Shown: positions 1-4,554 of the stretch, in pieces
Layout of the letters: every line of letters begins with the position of its first letter
How positions within the stretch are numbered: position 1 is the first letter of the stretch
Virus record (IMG/VR): IMGVR_UViG_3300045988_146224
DNA length: 18,886 nt
Strand: one strand, 5' to 3'
Origin: a virus
Translations under genes and position numbers: made by a program
Notes under the pieces: model-generated
The model's database searches: none
Told to the model about the DNA's origin: nothing
Seen by the model: only the letters and a program-made list of their open reading frames with translations

Positions 1-17
1 GTGTGCTCTTCCGATCT
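1..17. other. Illumina adapter remnant (GTGTGCTCTTCCGATCT), a technical artefact
   Basis: Matches the 3' end of the standard Illumina read-2 adapter. Its exact reverse complement, AGATCGGAAGAGCACAC, is at 18870-18886. Confidence 0.9.
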
Positions 18-123
18 AAAAAATGGCCCTGGGAAAGCCAACCGGCCGAACGTTCCCCCCACAAATCAATCCGAATGTTCGTGTTTTTATAAGCACCTAA
101 TGTTCGTGTTATGGTGTTATAAA

Positions 124-143
124 TGTCGAATATATTTGTCGAA
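124..143. promoter_or_regulatory. Direct repeat of TGTCGAA (124-130 and 137-143), a candidate protein-binding site in the ITR
   Basis: aaaTGTCGAAtatatTTGTCGAAatat, mirrored at 18744-18763. The same heptamer forms the palindrome at 248-266. Confidence 0.35.
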
Positions 144-183
144 ATATTTCTATATTTTCTTTCAAATATTTATCCAAAAAGTA

Positions 184-212
184 TTGCATTTTCTGTACAA
201 ATGTTATATAAT
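184..212 (+). promoter_or_regulatory. Left early promoter inside the ITR (TTGCAT-17 nt-TATAAT)
   Basis: TTGCAT at 184-189, an exact 17-nt spacer, TATAAT at 207-212. It points inward toward the first + strand gene (ATG 293). Confidence 0.6.
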
Positions 213-247
213 TAAATCATGGAAAGGGAAATACATGAAATACAGGA

Positions 248-266
248 TTCGACAAAATATGTCGAA
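248..266. promoter_or_regulatory. Palindromic candidate operator TTCGACA-AAATA-TGTCGAA
   Basis: Perfect 7-bp inverted arms with a 5-bp spacer. It lies just outside the left ITR, about 35-55 nt downstream of the -10 box and upstream of the first gene. The right end has no counterpart. Confidence 0.4.
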
Positions 267-292
267 AATAAAATAAAGGGAGATGGTTTAAA

Positions 293-859
293 ATGTTAAA
301 GAAAGAAGTTAGAGAAATGGTTAAATATTTAGTAGAAGAAAGGAAGTCATTCAAAGTTGTTTTTGCTAATGATATGGTAGAAGTAGTTGAATATAAAGGT
401 TATTGTTGGGTTATGAAAGGTAAAGCTTATAGCGATGAAGAATTAGTAGAAAAAATGGGAAGATTTCAAATTAATGAAAAGAAATTCATAATCAAATTTG
501 AAGAAGTTGAAGAAAACATTGAAGAATCTTTAGTAGAAGAAGTAGAAAATTTAAACGATGATTTATTCCAAGAATCTGACATTGCATATGCTGAAGAAGC
601 AATTGAAAGAGAAACACACAAAAAGGAGAATGATACTATGAACACAAATATTGAAGTTAGATTTTATATTGACCTTGAGGTTATGGAAGAAACAGAATAT
701 AATGAAACCCAAATTAAAGATATGATAATGAAGCATTCTTTTAATGAATTTAAATTTGATGATTTTAATGTGGTAAAATTAGATGATGGTACAGAAGTAA
801 ATGTGCTTCCTCACTTTAACATATATAATGATTTATTAATGAGTGTTTCATACTTTTAA
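293..859 (+). CDS. Hypothetical, strongly acidic early protein (188 aa)
   Basis: ORF preceded by AAAGGGAGA. Rich in E and D, with no motif I recognise. An in-frame internal AAAGGAGAA-7 nt-ATG at 638 could give a nested 73-aa product. Confidence 0.6.
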   Translation: MLKKEVREMVKYLVEERKSFKVVFANDMVEVVEYKGYCWVMKGKAYSDEELVEKMGRFQINEKKFIIKFEEVEENIEESLVEEVENLNDDLFQESDIAYAEEAIERETHKKENDTMNTNIEVRFYIDLEVMEETEYNETQIKDMIMKHSFNEFKFDDFNVVKLDDGTEVNVLPHFNIYNDLLMSVSYF

Positions 860-878
860 AATCAAAGGAGGTAATAAA

Positions 879-1004
879 ATGGACAGATTAGATTATGAAT
901 CAGAAGTAATTGATATTTTAAACGAAGCATGTAGTGAGTTAAATTCACAAGAATTTGAAACACTATTAACAAGAGTTGAAGAAGTACTAAATTTTTATAA
1001 ATAA
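879..1004 (+). CDS. Hypothetical small protein (41 aa)
   Basis: Not in the ORF track because it is shorter than 60 aa. AAAGGAGG lies 6 nt upstream of ATG 879. Translation: MDRLDYESEVIDILNEACSELNSQEFETLLTRVEEVLNFYK. Confidence 0.45.
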   Translation: MDRLDYESEVIDILNEACSELNSQEFETLLTRVEEVLNFYK

Positions 1005-1020
1005 ATGTGAGGTGATTTTT

Positions 1021-1194
1021 ATGTTATTATTATTACAAGTATTATATACATTAACAAATTGGAGATGGGTTAAAACTCTTTTAGGTGTATTCTTCGTTTT
1101 ACACATTGCTTTATCAGTTTTTGGTGTTGGAGTTATGATTAGTCTATTACCAAAATTAATGAATATGTTACAACAATTATTTATGACATTATAG
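1021..1194 (+). CDS. Small hydrophobic membrane protein (57 aa, about 2 TM segments)
   Basis: GAGGTGA RBS ahead of ATG 1021; the track's 1012 start has no RBS. The sequence is almost entirely hydrophobic (LLLLQVLYTL...GVFFVLHIALSVFGVGVMISLLP). Confidence 0.55.
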   Translation: MLLLLQVLYTLTNWRWVKTLLGVFFVLHIALSVFGVGVMISLLPKLMNMLQQLFMTL

Positions 1195-1206
1195 GAGGAA
1201 TTAAAA

Positions 1207-1554
1207 ATGAAAGTAAAATGTGTTGATAATTATTTAATGAGAAGATAATTAACTATTGATAAAGTGTACAATGTTGAATTAAATGAAAAACGTAGGTATA
1301 CAATTGTAGACGATAGCGGTAAATTATTTGTTTATCCACCATATAGATTTGAAGTAATAGATAATTCACCAATAACAATTGTTCACAAAACAGTGAGAGC
1401 TAAAAAATCTATCTTTAATGGTAAAAAGACAGTAATTGAATCATATGGTAATTATGTTGTATTAGATGAATCAGAAAAATATTATTTTGTCGTAAATGAT
1501 AGTGGTCAAGTGAGCAAATACCCAAAATCAAATTTTCAAATTGTAAGAGGTTAA
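1207..1554 (+). pseudogene. Two-domain small protein interrupted by an in-frame TAA at 1246-1248
   Basis: AGGAGGAATTAAAA-ATG at 1207 opens MKVKCVDNYLMRR*. This is in the same frame as the track ORF 1264-1554, which starts at a GTG with no RBS. The joined reading shows two similar half-domains (RYTIVDDSGKLFVYPPYRFEVI and YYFVVNDSGQVSKYPKSNFQIV). Confidence 0.5.
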
Positions 1555-1558
1555 CATT

Positions 1559-1767
1559 ATGAAGATTAAAAATAGTGAAAGATTAAAAATAGTGAAAGAT
1601 TAAAAAGAATAAAGAAAATAGAGAATACGAATTACCTTGCAACTGTAGAAGTTAGGGACGCGATTAATTATATTAAAACTGCGTATGGTTATAAAGACAT
1701 AGCCCAAACACAGAAAACTTATAAAAATTGGCGAAAAGAATATTTAAAAGATAATACGAGGTGGTAA
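1559..1767 (+). pseudogene. Small ORF frameshifted by a 17-bp tandem duplication
   Basis: AAGAGG RBS plus ATG 1559 reads 14 codons and then a stop. Deleting one 17-bp repeat copy restores a clean 63-codon ORF (MKIKNSERLKRIKKIENTNYLATVEVRDAINYIKTAYGYKDIAQTQKTYKNWRKEYLKDNTRW) ending at TAA 1765-1767. Confidence 0.55.
1563..1606. repeat. Tandem direct repeat AGATTAAAAATAGTGAA, two full copies plus a 10-nt partial copy
   Basis: Copies at 1563-1579 and 1580-1596 are identical. A partial third copy lies at 1597-1606. Confidence 0.9.
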
Positions 1768-1769
1768 CA

Positions 1770-1880
1770 ATGAATAATAAATTATGGAGAATGTACAAAC
1801 TATACTGTTATAAAAATGGACTAGCAGAGGGGAATTATAAAGTATTTAGAGAATTTATATTAAAAAACTGTACACATTAA
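1770..1880 (+). CDS. Hypothetical small protein (36 aa)
   Basis: GAGGTGG lies 6 nt upstream of ATG 1770. Translation: MNNKLWRMYKLYCYKNGLAEGNYKVFREFILKNCTH. Too short for the ORF track. Confidence 0.35.
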   Translation: MNNKLWRMYKLYCYKNGLAEGNYKVFREFILKNCTH

Positions 1881-2019
1881 TAGTAATTTACGTACAATAT
1901 ATTATAATCCTTATTAGCTATTAGTTATTGTAACCTTTCAAGACATTTTTATATCCTTTGTTTTATTTATTACTATTTTTAATTTAACCAATTCATCTCA
2001 AAAATTAAAGCAGAATTAA

Positions 2020-2050
2020 GGGCAACAAATAGTTGCTCTTTTTTCTTTCT
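2020..2050 (+). terminator. Rho-independent terminator ending the left early unit
   Basis: Stem GGGCAAC (2020-2026) pairs with GTTGCTC (2032-2038), with one G-U pair. Loop AAATA. Followed by TTTTTTCTTTCT. Confidence 0.6.
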
Positions 2051-2078
2051 ATTTTTTAAAAATATTTATAAAAATTTA

Positions 2079-2108
2079 TTAACACTATTGATATAAATAT
2101 CATACAAT
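2079..2108 (+). promoter_or_regulatory. Candidate promoter for the SSB operon (TTAACA-18 nt-TACAAT)
   Basis: TTAACA at 2079-2084 and TACAAT at 2103-2108. It lies downstream of the 2020-2050 terminator and 47 nt upstream of ATG 2155. The -10 context TACAATATA recurs at 1893 and, on the - strand, at 12333. Confidence 0.35.
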
Positions 2109-2154
2109 ATAGTGTAAAGAAAATTAAAATTATTTGAAAAGGGGAATTTAAATT

Positions 2155-2580
2155 ATGAATAAGGTATTTATTAACGGAAACTTAACAAAGGACATGGAAG
2201 TAAAAGTTTTATCAAACGGGAATTATGTAGGTAAGTTCACAATTGCTAACACAGTAGGTTATGGTGAGAAAAAGAAAACATACTTCATTCCTTGTACACT
2301 ATTTGGGAAAAGAGTTGAAAGCTTAGAAAAAATATTAGTTACTGGCGCAGGAGTAATAGTTGAGGGGCAACTTGATTATACAAGTGTTAAAGATGAACAA
2401 GGTAATTGGAAGAACTATACTAATGTTGTAGTAACAGAGATAGAAATAACAAAATTCAAACAAACTAACAACTATGACAATATGAGTTTAGAAGAATTAA
2501 GAGAAGAATGCAAAAATCAAAATATTAAATTTAGTTTCAAAGATACTGCAGGGATGTTAATCAAGAAACTAAATGCTTAA
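2155..2580 (+). CDS. ssb: Single-stranded DNA-binding protein: bacterial-type OB fold with a C-terminal HeH/SAP-like motif
   Basis: The N-terminal ~100 aa follow the bacterial SSB pattern (MNKVFINGNLTKDMEV...GKFTIA...YFIPCTLFGKRVESL...GAGVIVEGQL...NVVVTEIEI). The C-terminus MSLEELREECKNQNIKFSFKDTAGMLIKKLNA replaces the usual acidic tail. Confidence 0.75.
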   Translation: MNKVFINGNLTKDMEVKVLSNGNYVGKFTIANTVGYGEKKKTYFIPCTLFGKRVESLEKILVTGAGVIVEGQLDYTSVKDEQGNWKNYTNVVVTEIEITKFKQTNNYDNMSLEELREECKNQNIKFSFKDTAGMLIKKLNA

Positions 2581-2594
2581 AGGGGTAGTTAATC

Positions 2595-2873
2595 ATGACA
2601 GAAGAACTTGATTTATTAGGTTTACTAATTGATAAAATTGAATATGAAATTATCCAATCTAAAGATAGTTTAAAGTCAGCAAAACATGACATTAAAAAAC
2701 TTGAAAAAAGTAAAGCAGTCCTATTAGAAACAGGAATTGGTGATTATGTTTTTGACAACAAGATAAATAGTGTAATACATGTAAAAGAAACATTAGAAAA
2801 AAGATTAAATGTATTAAAGAAAGTTAAATACAGATTAGTAGTAAGTGAAAGAATGCTTAAATCACTAAAATAG
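2595..2873 (+). CDS. Hypothetical coiled-coil protein (92 aa)
   Basis: AAAGGGG RBS. Heptad-like, K/E/L-rich sequence with no recognisable catalytic motif. Confidence 0.55.
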   Translation: MTEELDLLGLLIDKIEYEIIQSKDSLKSAKHDIKKLEKSKAVLLETGIGDYVFDNKINSVIHVKETLEKRLNVLKKVKYRLVVSERMLKSLK

Positions 2874-2903
2874 TCATCATCATCACCTCTTAAATATAGA
2901 TTT

Positions 2904-2935
2904 AGGGTACACGTAACTGTGTACCCTTTTATTTT
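2904..2935. terminator. Terminator between convergent operons, strong for the + strand
   Basis: Perfect 9-bp stem AGGGTACAC (2904-2912) with GTGTACCCT (2919-2927), followed by TTTTATTTT on the + strand. The hairpin lies 1 nt beyond the stop codon of the - strand ATPase gene. Confidence 0.7.
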
Positions 2936-3927
2936 ACTCCTAAGTCTTTTAACATATCATACATAACGATTTTAATTTCTATAGTTTTAAATCTTACTTT
3001 ACCAAACTGGAAATATCTTATTAAGTTATTAAAGCAACTGTTACCAACATACTTATTATTTAAAAATGTGTTGTCGTTGTGGTCAGAAGCTAAGACAGAG
3101 TAACATCTAGCAGTCTTGGTAGGCTTGTCTGTTATATAAAGTATATCTTTTACAATGTTGCCCCATATCATATATTTTTTACCCTTGTACTCTACTGCAA
3201 AGTATTCATCACAATGTTTTAAACTCATTTGCTCAACAAATGTGTTACTATCTCTTAATGATTTATTATCTATAGCATAATCACTATATTTTGTATTACG
3301 AATAAGTTTACCGAATTTAGTTTCTTTTTTCATTTCTATGAACACATCGTTTGTACTATATTCTATAACCATTTCACCATCACGTGCCAACGTAAATCTT
3401 TCGCCCTCATTCACTTTTATATTAAAATAAGTAAAGTAAGGATTTACCCTTGAAATATTGTTACCTAAGAAATACATTCTTACATTGTTTCTAGTTCTTG
3501 CTACTGTTTCGTAAAAGTCCAAAGCAACATCAACTTCATTTGTTATATACCTCATACCTGCGCTGCGGTCAACTAAAAATTCATCAAACATTATCGTTGT
3601 AACATTTGGATAAGCAACTGATTTATATCTTTGCGATACACTTAGAGCAACTGGGAAACCTGCGATATTACCATCTACATAAAATTTTCCAAATTTAAAC
3701 TCTAGTTCATTATTTGGGAATTCCTTTCTTATATCATCAAACCATTTGTCGTTGTCTTTAAGTTCAGTTTTCCATCTTCTTAAATAAATGAATTGCTCAC
3801 CTTTTTTAAGAAAATTTCTGATACATCTTTTCTTTAATCCATAACTTTTACCAAATCCTCTATTTGTTAATACAAAATTCCATATAGCATTATAACTGCA
3901 AATCTTATCATAATTATAAAATTCCAT
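2929..3927 (-). CDS. DNA packaging (encapsidation) ATPase, phi29 gp16-like
   Basis: 332 aa, the same length I recall for phi29 gp16. Walker A is NRGFGKSYG. GEQFIYLRRWKTEL matches gp16 GEQFIYVRRYKPEL, and AYPNVTTIMFDEF (Walker B) matches AYPNVSTIVFDEF. AAGGAGG RBS. Confidence 0.92.
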   Translation of the reverse strand: MEFYNYDKICSYNAIWNFVLTNRGFGKSYGLKKRCIRNFLKKGEQFIYLRRWKTELKDNDKWFDDIRKEFPNNELEFKFGKFYVDGNIAGFPVALSVSQRYKSVAYPNVTTIMFDEFLVDRSAGMRYITNEVDVALDFYETVARTRNNVRMYFLGNNISRVNPYFTYFNIKVNEGERFTLARDGEMVIEYSTNDVFIEMKKETKFGKLIRNTKYSDYAIDNKSLRDSNTFVEQMSLKHCDEYFAVEYKGKKYMIWGNIVKDILYITDKPTKTARCYSVLASDHNDNTFLNNKYVGNSCFNNLIRYFQFGKVRFKTIEIKIVMYDMLKDLGVK

Positions 3928-3939
3928 ATTTACCTCCTT

Positions 3940-3964
3940 AAAACAAAAGCACCCAAGGGTGCTT
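3940..3964 (-). terminator. Rho-independent terminator immediately upstream of the packaging ATPase gene
   Basis: The - strand reads AAGCACC-cttg-GGTGCTT followed by TTGTTTT, which runs directly into the ATPase SD sequence AAGGAGG. Confidence 0.6.
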
Positions 3965-3967
3965 CTG

Positions 3968-4135
3968 TTATTTGTTAATTTTATCTTCTAGGTTATCCAT
4001 ACGCGTACATATTTCCTTTAATGTTACATTTAGGTTACCTAGTGTTTCCGTAAACTTACTGTTATTTATAAACATTACAACACAACAAGCGATTGGAAAC
4101 CCTACGTTTGATATTACATTTACTATTTCTTCCAT
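3968..4135 (-). CDS. Small single-TM membrane protein (55 aa), YvrJ/BhlA-like, candidate holin
   Basis: Not in the ORF track. AAGGGGG RBS. Translation: MEEIVNVISNVGFPIACCVVMFINNSKFTETLGNLNVTLKEICTRMDNLEDKINK. It has an N-terminal hydrophobic helix with an NVGFPI motif and a charged C-terminal helix, and it occupies the phi29 gene-14 position. Confidence 0.55.
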   Translation of the reverse strand: MEEIVNVISNVGFPIACCVVMFINNSKFTETLGNLNVTLKEICTRMDNLEDKINK

Positions 4136-4137
4136 AA

Positions 4138-4479
4138 TTAAACCCCCTTATTCTTTAATGCTTCAATTTCTTTTTTAATGTTTTCAATTTCAATTTTAAT
4201 ATTATTAATCTCTTCCATTAATTCACCTTTTACTATATCTATTAAGTTACTATCTATTATTTCGTTTAAAGTCCCATCTTCTAACCATACACTAAGCAAC
4301 TCATTTACTTCTTCTTCTAACCCCTCGTTTTTTAACCATTCAAGTATATTACTAGTGTTGTTACATAATTCAATACATTCCTGTAGCTTTTGAAAGAATT
4401 TACATCTTAATTCTTCGTTTGTCATGTCTGAAAAATCATACACTCTTCTTAAAATATCGTCATTAATTCCTCTAATCAA
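4138..4479 (-). CDS. Hypothetical protein (113 aa) with a C-terminal coiled coil, probably virion-associated
   Basis: AAAGGAGG lies 7 nt upstream of TTG 4479. The track's 4500 start lies inside that RBS. The C-terminus is EEINNIKIEIENIKKEIEALKNK. It sits between the appendage gene and the holin-like gene. Confidence 0.5.
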   Translation of the reverse strand: MIRGINDDILRRVYDFSDMTNEELRCKFFQKLQECIELCNNTSNILEWLKNEGLEEEVNELLSVWLEDGTLNEIIDSNLIDIVKGELMEEINNIKIEIENIKKEIEALKNKGV

Positions 4480-4554
4480 GTTAATTCCTCCTTTATACAA
4501 TAAAGTGCAAATTTTACTTCACACTTTATTGTATGATTATTTAATAAATATAGT

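Larger units (their letters stand above)
18..233. repeat. Left inverted terminal repeat (216 bp)
   Basis: Positions 1-233 are the exact reverse complement of 18654-18886. The two spurious terminal ORFs translate identically for 77 aa, and identity breaks at 234 (c) versus 18653. Starts with AAAAAATGG. Confidence 0.9.

Noticed and set aside
1-276. ORF-track protein MCSSDLKNGPGKANRPN... at 1-276, and its twin at 18653-18886
   Set aside because: The ORF starts inside the Illumina adapter, lies entirely in the ITR/promoter region, has no RBS and points outward or runs across the promoter. The identical translation at both ends only reflects the ITR.
1563-1606. Tandem repeat considered as a CRISPR array or an iteron set
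   Set aside because: There are only about 2.6 directly abutting copies of a 17-bp unit, with no spacers and no cas genes. It sits inside a coding frame that it disrupts, so a slipped-strand duplication is the simpler reading.
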